A stretch of DNA of 63,614 nucleotides, the filler included, from Aduncisulcus paluster (lineage: Eukaryota), in NCBI GenBank assembly GCA_024181965.1. It is 11 parts of 11 records of this genome, joined end to end, with 100 filler letters (N's around TTAATTAATTAA, not from the genome) between each part and the next. Parts side by side here need not be neighbours in the genome. Positions count along the whole stretch, not along the records: positions 42,764 to 50,112 come from BQXS01010099.1; positions 50,213 to 53,152 come from BQXS01010100.1; positions 53,253 to 56,679 come from BQXS01010101.1; positions 56,780 to 60,419 come from BQXS01010102.1; 7 more parts are not named here. One strand, given 5' to 3'. The notes beneath the pieces are model-generated. The model was not told the DNA's origin, made no database searches, and was given only the letters and a program-made list of their open reading frames with translations. This document shows, one piece after another, positions 46,164 to 57,475 of the stretch (position 1 is the stretch's first letter; each line of letters starts with the position of its first letter). The translations under genes were made by a program, and so were the position numbers.

Positions 46164-46339
46164 GTTAATATACCGTGGCGTATCCATGATGAAAAAAGAA
46201 AAATCTTCTCATACTATATTTCAACATTTATTCACCTTTTTCAGTAAAATATTTTTAATTTGACTTTTGGAATTGATCATTTTGAAACTAATTTTTTTCT
46301 CTGTTGTTCACCTCGACATATTCATTAAATTTGATTTGG

Positions 46340-47254
46340 ATGTTTTCTTCAAGAAGCTTTTTATTTTTTTTTCTCTTTTCTTTTTTATTTTACCTCTCTT
46401 TGTGTCAAAACCCCTATCCCATTGTAATGATGCATGGTATCAACTGTGATCACCATTGGTGGGATACTCCTTTATCTTGGATGGAAGAACGTTATCCTGA
46501 CACATATTTTTTGAATGTAGAAGTCGGTGATGGTTACATAAATTCGATTTTCTCAAATCCGGTGGAATATATTGATGAATTTGCTCAAACCCTGAAAAAC
46601 GATCCCAATTTATCGGATGGAATTGTATTAATGGGTCATTCACAGGGTACCTTTGTCACTCGTGCTTATATTGAAATGTACAACGATCCTCCTGTTATTG
46701 CTTATATTTCTTTGGCTGGGGTCCATGGAGGTTTTTTTGGAGATGATCTCGATGATGTTCCCCTCTTTGGAATCGAAGATAATGATCTTGCCAAGTTGGT
46801 TGGAACATTCCTCTATGAGTTGTCTTTCCAAGATTTCTTTATGCCCGCCGGATATTGGAGAGATCCAATGCATTTGGATGTCTATAGAGAGTATTCATCT
46901 GTGCTAGCTTACATTAATAATGAAGTTTCTCACCCTAATCGTAACATTTACAAGGAGAGATTATCTTCTTTGGATTTATTCGTTTTGGTTGGTGCACCCA
47001 ATGATGGGGTAATCAATCCGTATATTAGTTCTTGGTTTGGTTTTTATTCTGATGGGAGCACTGTTGAATTCACTTATTTGGAAGATAATGAAGATTTGTG
47101 GACTAACGATGTGCTTGGACTGAAGTCTCTCTTTGATGATGGAAAATTATTATTTCTTGATAGTGGGTTGTATCATAACGATTACAAGAGAGAGGTTGGA
47201 TATGACTTCTTTGTCAATACTCTTCTTCCTCTTGTTGATCCTTATGAATTGTAA
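46340..47254 (+). CDS. PPT1: Palmitoyl-protein thioesterase (PPT1/PPT2 family) with signal peptide
   Basis: Hydrophobic leader, PIVMMHGI, GHSQG nucleophile motif, ISLAGVHGG, PAGYWRDP, DGVINP, terminal His. Confidence 0.9.
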   Translation: MFSSRSFLFFFLFSFLFYLSLCQNPYPIVMMHGINCDHHWWDTPLSWMEERYPDTYFLNVEVGDGYINSIFSNPVEYIDEFAQTLKNDPNLSDGIVLMGHSQGTFVTRAYIEMYNDPPVIAYISLAGVHGGFFGDDLDDVPLFGIEDNDLAKLVGTFLYELSFQDFFMPAGYWRDPMHLDVYREYSSVLAYINNEVSHPNRNIYKERLSSLDLFVLVGAPNDGVINPYISSWFGFYSDGSTVEFTYLEDNEDLWTNDVLGLKSLFDDGKLLFLDSGLYHNDYKREVGYDFFVNTLLPLVDPYEL

Positions 47255-47369
47255 TTTTTTTCGTTTTTTCATTGTTATTTTTGGATTTTTATATATATAA
47301 TTGTTTAATTAATATATATACGTTTTTTTGATCATAATTACTACTCAGAAGAATAAATTAATGGCTATT

Positions 47370-48078
47370 TTATTCAAATTCGGGCATTGGTGGCATGACA
47401 GCTTTCTTTTCTTCAGAAATGGTAGAAGCATCACCAACTCCGACTCCAGGAAGGGCGGTAGCCAAATCTATCTTTGCTTCTTCTGCGATTTCAGTCATCA
47501 TTTGACCAACAGACTGAGAGGAAGCACCGGTAATAGCCTGTTTTCCAAGGGCATCATCCATAACTCTACTCTTGATTTCCAATTCTTCAAATTGTTCTTC
47601 ACATTTATCCATAATACGTCCAAGTTGTTCCATATCCATACTAGCCATTGCAGATGAAAGCATTCCAGCTGTCTGGCCCATCATCTGGGCAGTTCCTTGC
47701 ATAACAGCGGCTGATTTTAACTGCATGGCAACAGCTTCCATCCTAGCTCCAAGTCGAGTCATTTTGAGTGCTTGCTGTTTACACCTAATACAACTTTGGG
47801 CATGAATTTCTGCTGTGGCTCTGTCGCCTTCTTTTATACAGGCAAGAACTTTGGTTTTGTATTTCTATGAGGGAAAAATGAATGAAAGAGAATAAAAAAA
47901 ATACAAAAATAAATAAACAAATGTAAATGTATCGTTTAATTTCTTTTTTTTAAATTTTAGTCGTACATACAGCTTCATCTTGTTTGGCCTTTGAAGCTTC
48001 TCTTTGTAATTGCTTACTATTCATTTTGAGTTCAAAGGCGAAATCATCCATTGTAGGCTGTGACTGTTTGGGTCCCAT
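47370..48078 (-). CDS. CHMP1: ESCRT-III CHMP1/Did2/Vps46; exons 48078-47971 and 47864-47370
   Basis: FELKMNSKQLQREASKAKQDEA|KYKTKV...AEIHAQSCIR...RLGARMEAVA...IMDKCEEQFEEL. Phase-0 intron 47970-47865, GTATGT...TAG. Confidence 0.9.
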
Positions 48079-48235
48079 GTATTCTTTATGTTATCAAAAG
48101 GGGTGGCAGAATTCTTCTCAACAAATCGGTCTGTTGCAGGTTTGGCGAGTCTAAACCTTTGATTAAATTAACATATAATAATAAAAATAACTATCAAATA
48201 AAATATAGTTTATTCATTCTATTCCATCAGTATCC

Positions 48236-49756
48236 TCAAAATTCGTCCACATCATCTTCATCTTCAAATTCGAAGTAATCATTACATAATTCCTCAACTT
48301 TGACGGCAATAGCTCTCGGAGCATACATTCTCAAACTATCCAACACTGTAGATCCATCATTTTCAAGAACAGCGTCCACAATAGGATTGGAACCAAGACT
48401 CATCTTTGAACCCATTTCAAGGAGTTGCTTCAACGTATCGACAGCGATATGTGTGGTACGTTGGTCTGTAGCCCGTAAAGATTGAATAAGAGCAGGGATA
48501 AGTCCTTTACGACAAAGAGCTATCCTGGGTTCATTCTCAGTAAGTCCCTTCACAAGATTAGCAACGACCCAGAGACATTCTCGTCTAATACTAGGGTTCT
48601 CATCGGGATTAGTCATAAAGCTAATGACTTTATCGATAATATCATCATTCTTAAGAATGAGTTCGGCCTGTTCGGATGTTCCAGCAGCAATATTAGCAAC
48701 AGTCCATAAAGCCTCTTTTTTGACCATTCTCCGCCCTTCCAGCAAGGCTGAGAGCTTTGGAATTATTCCTGCACTTATTGTGGCCTGTGTATGGGCTTCA
48801 TCACCTCCACTCGTACAACCAATGATGCGAATAGCAGGAGTATGGAAAGATGAGGTTTCACGATCAAGTAATTCAACAATTCTATAGAGAAGATTGTTTT
48901 TGACAGCAAAATCCAAGGGTTCAGTGCCACTCTTTTCGTTATCAATAATGAAAGCAAGTGCGAACAAAGCATCAAGAACAACCTGATCATTCGAGTTATA
49001 AACAAGGTGTTTGATAGGCTCCAAGAAACCCTTCACATCCTCGTAAGGTGGTGGAGGAAGCCCACGGCAGACATTGGACATACTCCAAGTACCATTCAAG
49101 AGAGTAAATTGGTTAATATCTTTATACAAAAGCAAAGAAGCAATGGCAGGAACGCAACCTGCTCTGATCACAAGATCTCTATACTCAATTCTATCTCCAG
49201 CAATATTACCAAGAGCCCAGACAGCTTGTTCCATTATTCCTTGGTGCTCATGACACCCACACAATTGGACCAAACGAGGAACAACATCTTCTTTTATGAC
49301 AGCGGCACATGGATCTTTTGAGCCTGAACAAATATTGGTTACACACCAACAAGCATCATAGACAACATTGATATCTGTGCTGTGAAGATAACGACAGATG
49401 ATAGGAATTACTCCAGCATGAAAAACTTGAAGAATGGGGGGAATATGAGGATGAGAGAGAGCTAAACGTAACCCATGTAAAGCAGAACGAATGTCATCAA
49501 CGTTATCAGACTTGATGTTGGCCAAATGGGTATCAATACGCTGAATTTCTTGGAATGACTTCTCAACAGCATGATGAGATCCAACACTACTTGATGAAGC
49601 CTGTGATTGGGTTCTGGCAGACCTGCGCGATTTCAAAAGTTGACTCCTTTTTTCTTTCCGTAAAGCAACCGCCATCTTGGCTCTACGACGACGAGTATCA
49701 ACACTACTTTCTGTGGTTAGAACAGACTTGTTCACCTGCCTCATATGGTGTTCCAA
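48236..49756 (-). CDS. KPNA: Importin alpha
   Basis: IBB domain RRRRAKMAVALRKEKR, ARM repeats ACWCVTNICSG, EQAVWALGNIAGD, KKEALWTVANIAAG. Exact start uncertain. Confidence 0.95.
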   Translation of the reverse strand: MEHHMRQVNKSVLTTESSVDTRRRRAKMAVALRKEKRSQLLKSRRSARTQSQASSSSVGSHHAVEKSFQEIQRIDTHLANIKSDNVDDIRSALHGLRLALSHPHIPPILQVFHAGVIPIICRYLHSTDINVVYDACWCVTNICSGSKDPCAAVIKEDVVPRLVQLCGCHEHQGIMEQAVWALGNIAGDRIEYRDLVIRAGCVPAIASLLLYKDINQFTLLNGTWSMSNVCRGLPPPPYEDVKGFLEPIKHLVYNSNDQVVLDALFALAFIIDNEKSGTEPLDFAVKNNLLYRIVELLDRETSSFHTPAIRIIGCTSGGDEAHTQATISAGIIPKLSALLEGRRMVKKEALWTVANIAAGTSEQAELILKNDDIIDKVISFMTNPDENPSIRRECLWVVANLVKGLTENEPRIALCRKGLIPALIQSLRATDQRTTHIAVDTLKQLLEMGSKMSLGSNPIVDAVLENDGSTVLDSLRMYAPRAIAVKVEELCNDYFEFEDEDDVDEF

Positions 49757-50212
49757 AAATACGATACATCTGTTCTAAAATAATAAATTTTGAAAAGAAA
49801 TACAATAGGTTGAAATTTGTCTTTTATTGTCAATATCATGTTTTATTCACCATTTTTTTTAACTCCAAATCTATTGCAAACGCTACAAAAGCTCCTTGAT
49901 TGATGTCTGAGCGTATTCCTATATTGTTAAATAGAAGTAATATATTATTATTAATTCAAGCAGAAAAAAAAAATATAAAATGGTTTCCCCAACATTCTTT
50001 TCCTGAGAAAATAATCATATGAATGAATACTTTTTATTCTTGTCATGGGGAAAGAATTGAAGCAAAAAAACGTGGATCCAACACTGTTTCGAGATCTTCA
50101 TTTAAAAGAAAGNNNNNNNNNNNNNNNNNNNNNNNNNNNNNNNNNNNNNNNNNNNNTTAATTAATTAANNNNNNNNNNNNNNNNNNNNNNNNNNNNNNNN
50201 NNNNNNNNNNNN

Positions 50213-53152
50213 CAACGAGAGCAGAACACACAGCAGCTCGAAGGTTTGCATCGGGGATAGAAACATCATGGAACTCACAGTTAGTACCATACCACCCTTC
50301 AACACAATCAGAATGCACAGAAGCAGCATCCATACCAGCATCGACAACACATTGAGTTGTGGGGTAGTCAACAAGTGCATCGACACACGATGGGGCAGAA
50401 GAGGCAGATTGTGAAGCATCGAGGGAAACACATGTCGGTGGATCAGACGAAGACGAGGAAGAAGAAGAGTTATAATCACGATAACTGAACAGGGCACACT
50501 CGACCTGATACTCATCAGTCCACACTTCACGACACACGACATTGTCCGACGGTGTCATGGAAGACAGAGCTTCGGAACAGTGTGCACAATACGACGAATC
50601 TTGGTCAATCAAAGAATCACTGCTACCCACATTCACGGAGAGAGCTGGCGAAAGAGGGAACAGTGCAGCATACACGGTGTCGGACACATTGCACAGCTTG
50701 TTCTCACGCACGTCAAGCGAAGACAGACCAGAGATCGGGAACAAGAGCGAGATGTCCGTGAGACCATTCGAACGGATGGACAGGGTGGACAATGCAGGGA
50801 ACATGCTCAGCGAACGCAAGGAAGTGTCACACAATCCAACAGAATCAAGGGTTAATGTCGTCAGAGAGGGCAAGGTGGACAATGTTGTCAGGGAGGAAGA
50901 CATGGTCGTGGATAAGGGGTTGTTGCTGAGGTTCAATTCTGTTAATGCATTCATGGAGGAGAGGGCAGAAATGTCTGAGATATCGTTTCCATAGAGTTGT
51001 AAAGTTAACATCTCTTCCATTACAGACAAAGGAGAAACATCAGAAATACTGTTGTTATAGAGGCCCAAAGTGGAAAGGTTCACCATCCTTGAGAGATAAG
51101 AGATATCGGAAATATTATTATCACCAAGATCTAAAGATGTGAGATTGTTGGCATTGGCAAGGGGAGAAATATCTGAGATATCGTTAATATTGAGATACAA
51201 CTTAATAAGAGTTGTTTTCCCCGATAGAGCAGATATATCTGAAATATTATTGCCGTGTAAGTACAAATATTGTAAATCTTCCAATTCAGTGAGTGAATCA
51301 ATTGAATCAACTTCATTATTTGCGAGATGCAAATATGTCAACTTTGTCATGGAACTCAGTGAAGAGATATCAGAGATATTGTTTCCTTGGAGTTGTAAAG
51401 TTAGCATCTCTTCCATAACATACAAGGGAGAAATATTATAAATATTGTTGTTATAGAGACGCAAAGTGGAAAGATTCACCATATTTGAGAGGTAATTATT
51501 GATATCTGAAATATTGTTATCACCCAGATCAAGATATTTTAGCTGGGACATATTAACAAGGGAGGAAATATCAGACACATTATTTTTTTGAAGTTGTAGA
51601 TTTGTTAGAGAAACCAAATCGACAAGAGAAGAGATATCTGACACATTATTATTATTGATTGACAATGTAGTAAGATGTATCATATCTGACAGGGATGAAA
51701 TGTTAGATATTTCATTGTTTCCAATATTCAACGTTGTCAATTTTGACATTAGACCCAGCGAAGAGATCTCACCAATACAGTTTTCTTGAAGAAATAAGGA
51801 AACTAATCCTATCATACCTTCCAGAGCAGAAATGGATTCGATTTGATTAACTCCAAGATGTAAATATTCCAATTTAATTAAATTTTGCAAGGGACCAATT
51901 TCAGAAATTTGATTATCAAATAAATGTAATAACGTTAAATTCACTGATGCAGATAGTGGAGATATATCAAAAATTTGGTTTGAATTAAGATATAGCGTTT
52001 TCAGCTCAGACCTACCAGATAAAGGAGAAATATCAGAGATGTTGTTATTGTTCAATCTAAGATCGATAATATTCACCATAGTAGTGAGAGCAGAGATATC
52101 TGAAATGTTATTATTGTAGAGATGTAGGGTAATAATACTCGTTTTCCCTAATAGCGAAGAGATATCCGAGATATTATTGCTGTACAGATACAAATATTGC
52201 AAATCAAACATATTTTCCAAAGGGGTTATTGATGATATCTCATTATTTGCGAGATGCAAATATGTCATGTCAGTCATGTCAGACAACGGAACAATGTTAG
52301 ATATATTATTATATGCCAAATTTAAATACCTCAAATTTGTCAAATCATTTAAAGCAAAAATATCAGAAATATTGTTTGCAGCAAGATGTAGAGATTTCAG
52401 TTGTAACATGTCAACAAGAACACTAATATCAGAAATATTGTTGCTATAAAGATACAAATGTTGTATCCCGACGTTATACGAAAATGAAGCAATCGAATCA
52501 ACTTGATTATTCCCAAGTTCAAGATAAGTTAAATTAACCAAATTCTGCAATGAACTAATATCACATATTTCATTACTATTTAAATGTAAATACAATAAAT
52601 TTACCATCCCATATAGAGCAGTAATATCAGATATTTGATTGTTGTACAAATGCAAATACGTCAGATTCACCATTCCAGATAGAGCAGAGATATCCGAGAT
52701 ACTATTCTCACGCAAGGTCAACTCAACAAGCTGCTCCTCAACACCACTCAAAGAACCAAGAACAATGTGAGAATCAGTCAGACCAGTGTTTCTCAGATCA
52801 AGCTTCGTCAACATCGTGAATGCGGATAAAGACACATCCTCAGATAATGCAATGTTCTGCAGATACAACGTGGATAGGGAAGACGTTGGAAGATACCCAA
52901 TCTCTGTCGAGTCAATCTCAAGGTCAGATGTGGATGTGCCATCGATGGTGAGTGATGCAAGGTTCGTTGCATAAGACAATCCTTCGAAGGTGTCAACAGA
53001 GGATGCACTGAGGGAAGTCAACGACAGCATGTCAATGTTGGTTATGACGGAACAATCGTCAGAGAGAATGAGAGACGCAACGAGAGCAGAACACACAGCA
53101 GCTCGAAGGTTTGCATCGGGGATAGAAACATCATGGAACTCACAGTTAGTAC
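50213..53152 (-). CDS. Internalin-like LRR plus Cys-rich/EGF-like surface protein; one 955-aa unit of a larger repetitive gene
   Basis: About 30 repeats of 22 aa, LxxLxLxNNxISDISxL, and CVEGWYGTNCE. Both contig ends share an identical 75-nt sequence (50213-50287 = 53078-53152) in frame. Confidence 0.9.
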
Positions 53153-53252
53153 NNNNNNNNNNNNNNNNNNNNNNNNNNNNNNNNNNNNNNNNNNNNTTAA
53201 TTAATTAANNNNNNNNNNNNNNNNNNNNNNNNNNNNNNNNNNNNNNNNNNNN

Positions 53253-53496
53253 TGAAATGGGTTTTGAATTCCTTACCACAGTCCATGAGTACCTGTTTAT
53301 CGCCCCGCCTGACGATTTTTTTAAGAACACAATAATTATCATCACTACCGATTGTTACAAGTTGAACTTGACCAAATCCACCAATACCAAGCGTGCATTT
53401 TTCTTTTATCTCCCTTTTAGAAGTCAACGTCAGAGAATCAGGATCTTCTCGAATGTCATCTTCTGTAGACGGTGTTGATGCAGTAATGTGTTGCAT
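53253..53496 (-). CDS. Protein kinase N-lobe fragment, same expanded family (3'-truncated)
   Basis: LGIGGFGQVQLV, VLKKIVRRGDK..CGKEFKT parallel the kinase at 22865-23574. Confidence 0.8.
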
Positions 53497-54171
53497 GAAT
53501 AAATATTATGATTATAATATCGCCAATAATCGATATGCTCTGATCCTGTATAATTATATACTATGTTTTAAAACAAGGGATGAGAAGATAATCAAGGGTT
53601 ATAAGATAAGCAAAATAGAAAATATATTCCCCAATAAATAATCAAAATAGACATACTTTATACAAAATTGAGCAAGAAAATTTTTGTTCTGTTTACCAAC
53701 AGATCAGTGCATGAAGGTTTTCGATTTGACGGCGGTTACAATTTTATTCGGAAATATTTCCATATGAATCCAAATTAACATCTTCAATATGTTTTATTTA
53801 TCCCCACATAATGCTCATCCTATGCTTAAATAATGACCTATGTTTGAAAACTGCCATCAATTTTGTCTTCTTAGAGTATAGCATACATATCTTTTATGAA
53901 TATTCGATTTCATGTCCATGCAAATATATTTTATGCAGTTAAAAATCATGACATCTTTCCCAACTACCTCTGATGGATATTGAAATTGACCCCACGGTAA
54001 TTGCATTGAATTTCAATATAATGGGGAAATAATATGATAAATCATATCATAACCTATTAAATAATCAAATAAAGAATTTGATGGAGAAATTTTCTTATTA
54101 GAAGATGAGATCAAACAAAATCAATTGTTTGGTGACAACAAAGTCAAACTTCAAAATATTATCAGTTTTAG

Positions 54172-55707
54172 ATGGATACCGCACAAATTGGAATTGATAT
54201 TGGAACATCAACTATTTCAATTTCGTTTATAAATCCTCTCGGGGTGGGCATGTTTTCAGATGAAGTCGAAGATATTTCTTTTCCCGCTTGTATTGCATTT
54301 GTTGACAAAATAACATATTTGGGATCATCCGCCAAGCGTTATTTAAAAAAATATCCAAGCCAGACGATATTTCAACTCAAAGAAATTGGTTTAAAGGTTT
54401 CTGAGTTATCTCCATCTATTTTTTCACAATATTCAATAACATCAGATGAATACGGTAATACTATGATTTCTATCGAAGCTGAAAAACTGAGTTTCACTCC
54501 TCAACAACTATTGTCACAATTACTTGTTTATTGCAAATCCAGGATTACAAAAGCATTATTCTTTGATTCCCCGAAAATTCAAGTTTCCTTATCGGTCCCC
54601 TCTTTCTTTTCCGATAGCCAACGTAGAATGATGGAAGAGGCGGGTACTTCAGCTGGATTGGATGTTCTTCGAATCGTTAATGATCCCACCATGGTTTGTT
54701 ATGGTTATGGACTAACAGATAAAGAAGATGAAAAAACATATGTCATCATTGATATTGGAAACTCTTGTGATGTTTCTATTCTTTTGATTGACGAAGGGAT
54801 TGTCGAAATACTTGGAACTTCCAGAGATTCTTCCATTGGTGGCGAGCTAATGACTGAAAATCTTTTGAAGAATATGATTTCAATGATTGAAGAAAGACAT
54901 AAATGCTGTATAGCTGAGGATTTGACAGCTGTTTCCATTCTGTATGATGCTTGTGAGAGTGCAAAGTGTCAATTATCCACTCATTCTCACGTTGATCTAA
55001 AAATAGATATTCCATCGTCAACGGGCGATATTTCATTTTGTCACACTCTTTTGCGTGATGAGTTTGAAAGATTGAATTGGTCTCTCTTCGAACGCATTCC
55101 AAAAGTGATTGATCAAGCCTTTGAAAATGTTTTCGGTTCAGTGCCGTATTCAAAGTCCGATATGAATGAAATCATTTTGGCTGGTGGATGTTGTTATATT
55201 CCACGGATTAAGCATGTTGTAAGGGATTATTTTGACCATGAACCATTATGTTCAATTAATCCCGATGAAGTGATTGCTCGGGGTTTGGCCATTTTATCCA
55301 AAAGGTTATCAACTCCCGTAGAAATCATAGATGAATCGCATGATGCCCCTACACAGGCTGAGATCGAAGAAATGGTTGCAATGGCAGAGCAATATCTTCG
55401 TGAAGACCAAACAAAACAAGCCAAAGAAAGGCTTCAAAATGCTGTTCAAATTATTACTCGATGTATTGAAACATTTGATTTACTTTCCTCCTCCCAACTT
55501 TTCACTCTTCGCAATGCCGTTGAGCGGTGGTCACTGTGGTTATCTCGCCATCCTGATGCCATGAAGGAGGAATACGAAGGCCAATTCACTGAATTGTGTG
55601 AGTTCATTTCCAGTGTTGAGGAGGTAAAACCCCTTATCACGGGACCTGTTGTTCATTTCAACAATTTCACTGATAAAAACATTAATTTCATTGAAGACTT
55701 GGACTGA
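54172..55707 (+). CDS. Divergent Hsp70-like protein: NBD plus lid helices, lacking the substrate-binding beta-domain
   Basis: IGIDIGTS, VPSFFSDSQR, AGLDVLRIVNDPT, ACESAKCQLS, LAGGCCYIPRIK, SINPDEVIARG, then almost immediately TQAEIEEMVAMAEQYLRED. Confidence 0.85.
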   Translation: MDTAQIGIDIGTSTISISFINPLGVGMFSDEVEDISFPACIAFVDKITYLGSSAKRYLKKYPSQTIFQLKEIGLKVSELSPSIFSQYSITSDEYGNTMISIEAEKLSFTPQQLLSQLLVYCKSRITKALFFDSPKIQVSLSVPSFFSDSQRRMMEEAGTSAGLDVLRIVNDPTMVCYGYGLTDKEDEKTYVIIDIGNSCDVSILLIDEGIVEILGTSRDSSIGGELMTENLLKNMISMIEERHKCCIAEDLTAVSILYDACESAKCQLSTHSHVDLKIDIPSSTGDISFCHTLLRDEFERLNWSLFERIPKVIDQAFENVFGSVPYSKSDMNEIILAGGCCYIPRIKHVVRDYFDHEPLCSINPDEVIARGLAILSKRLSTPVEIIDESHDAPTQAEIEEMVAMAEQYLREDQTKQAKERLQNAVQIITRCIETFDLLSSSQLFTLRNAVERWSLWLSRHPDAMKEEYEGQFTELCEFISSVEEVKPLITGPVVHFNNFTDKNINFIEDLD

Positions 55708-56199
55708 AACGTAAATGTTTTGTATTTCTTGACAATATGAAGAAGAGNNNNNNNNNNNNNNNNNNNNGAAGGAGGAATACGAAGGCCAATTCACTGAATT
55801 GTGTGAGTTCATTTCCAGTGTTGAGGAGGTAAAACCCCTTATCACGGGACCTGTTGTTCATTTCAACAATTTCACTGATAAAAACATTAATTTCATTGAA
55901 GACTTGGACTGAAACGTAAATGTTTTGTATTTCTTGACAATATGAAGAAGAGTGAAGTGGAGACCGTTGAGTTCTTTCCATATATATTTTATGGGGAAGT
56001 TCAATCATAATCGCTTTCTACACTGTTTTCTTATTCCATCTCGTGTTTTCCCCAGTATTCTTTTCCTATAAGTCTTCTGTTTCGTTGTTTGGCAAGTTCA
56101 GATTATGCAATTCTTTTTCCATTTTCTTCTTAAATTAATCCCTCTCCGTCTGATTGGTTGCAATACATACCATAAACATTATCAATAAAGGCCTTTTCG

Positions 56200-56552
56200 A
56201 CATGTTCAGCTTTCAGTCTTGGCAGATGTCTCAACAACAAAGATTAAACCATGTATATTTTAGCAAATTCCTCACCCTCATCTCTCTCAACTTCTCTACT
56301 CTTTTCAAGATCACATTTGTTTGTTTCCAACAAGTATAATTTGAATGTCAGAAGAGGCATATTTCCTGACTTCTCCGAGCCAAAGTGGGAAGATGTTCGA
56401 AAGTAGCATGCCTAGTGATATCGTACACAACTATAACTCCTTCAACACGTCCAAAATAACAACGAGTAAGAGGTTTGAAAGTAATCTGTCCAGAACTATC
56501 CCAAATATTGAGTGTGAATTGACTTCTTCTGTTATTCAATAGTTTTTGTCAT
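56200..56552 (-). pseudogene. Frameshifted Rab GTPase
   Basis: LNIWDSSGQ..F..LTRCYF.RVEGVIVVYDITR..TFEHLP|WLGEVRKYA..IILVGNK|CDLEKSREVERDEGEEFAK|...ETSAKT, joined by small insertions. Confidence 0.7.
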
Positions 56553-56779
56553 CTGAAATTTTTAATCGATAAACTAAATATCATAGCTCACAATATTATA
56601 TTGTTGTCAAGAAAGAAAAGAGAATTTGAATCTTGTTCACGATCAAAGTTTGAAAACAAGAAACTATGGATATGTCAAGNNNNNNNNNNNNNNNNNNNNN
56701 NNNNNNNNNNNNNNNNNNNNNNNTTAATTAATTAANNNNNNNNNNNNNNNNNNNNNNNNNNNNNNNNNNNNNNNNNNNN

Positions 56780-57430
56780 CATGATAGAGTCACGGCCGCA
56801 GTCAACAAGGCTCTTCGTTTCACTGGTCATATGACGAACACGGAAGACCTATCCGTGACATTGACAACCGAAAACCCCCGGACGATCCCAAGGAGCGACA
56901 TTACATCAACCAAAACACAAGGCAAAAACGCTGGCTCCTATGTCTTTGACGTGGTGATCACAGGGGGATGGAGGGGTAGAGCAGCACCCCAGACAAGACT
57001 AGGTCAAGCTGCTATGAGAGAAGCCACAACCAAGTTGAGGAAGTACGATGGACTTAATTTATCATACTCATTTGTCCCTCTTGCTTTTGAAACATCTGGT
57101 TTGATGGCTCAGGAAACTGCAACTTTCTTTAGAGAGCATTTCTCCTACAGAGTTGCAAGAAGAACCCTCTTTGAGATAGCGACGATCATCGCAAGGGGGG
57201 AACACTATGCTTGGTCCAAGTCATTGAATGCGACCGTTATCGGTTCTTCAACGATACAGGCCGAGGAAATCACTGCTTTTTATGAGCAATGATTGACATA
57301 ACTTAAACACAGGGACATATTAGAGCTCAGACGACCCATGGGGAACCTCAAAGTTGAAGAAAAGGAAGAAGGAACGCCGAACCCAAGATCCCATCAGGTA
57401 GAGTAGAATTTATCTCTGAATAAACGCGAC
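56780..57430 (+). mobile_element. 3' end of an RLE-type (CRE/NeSL/R2-group) non-LTR retrotransposon: endonuclease domain 56780-57292 plus 3' UTR
   Basis: Frame open from the contig edge: HDRV...TE...RSD...FDVVI...KLRKY...FVPLAFETSG, the (R)HD / E / PD-like / D / KxxKY / P...G motif order of restriction-like endonucleases. 3' UTR ends in a hairpin and AATAAA (57419-57424). Confidence 0.8.
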
Positions 57431-57474
57431 GTCTCATAAGCTAAAGGTCGTGAGTTCAAGCCTCACCAGAAGCA
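57431..57474 (+). tRNA. 3' half (about positions 30-73) of elongator tRNA-Met(CAU); 5' half absent
   Basis: GT-CTCATAA-GCTAA-AGGTC-GTGAG-TTCAAGC-CTCAC-CAGAAGC-A. Perfect T-arm and CAT anticodon at 57435-57437, but no upstream GCTTCTG acceptor strand, D-arm or TTA anticodon-stem partner. Confidence 0.85.
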
Positions 57475-57475
57475 G

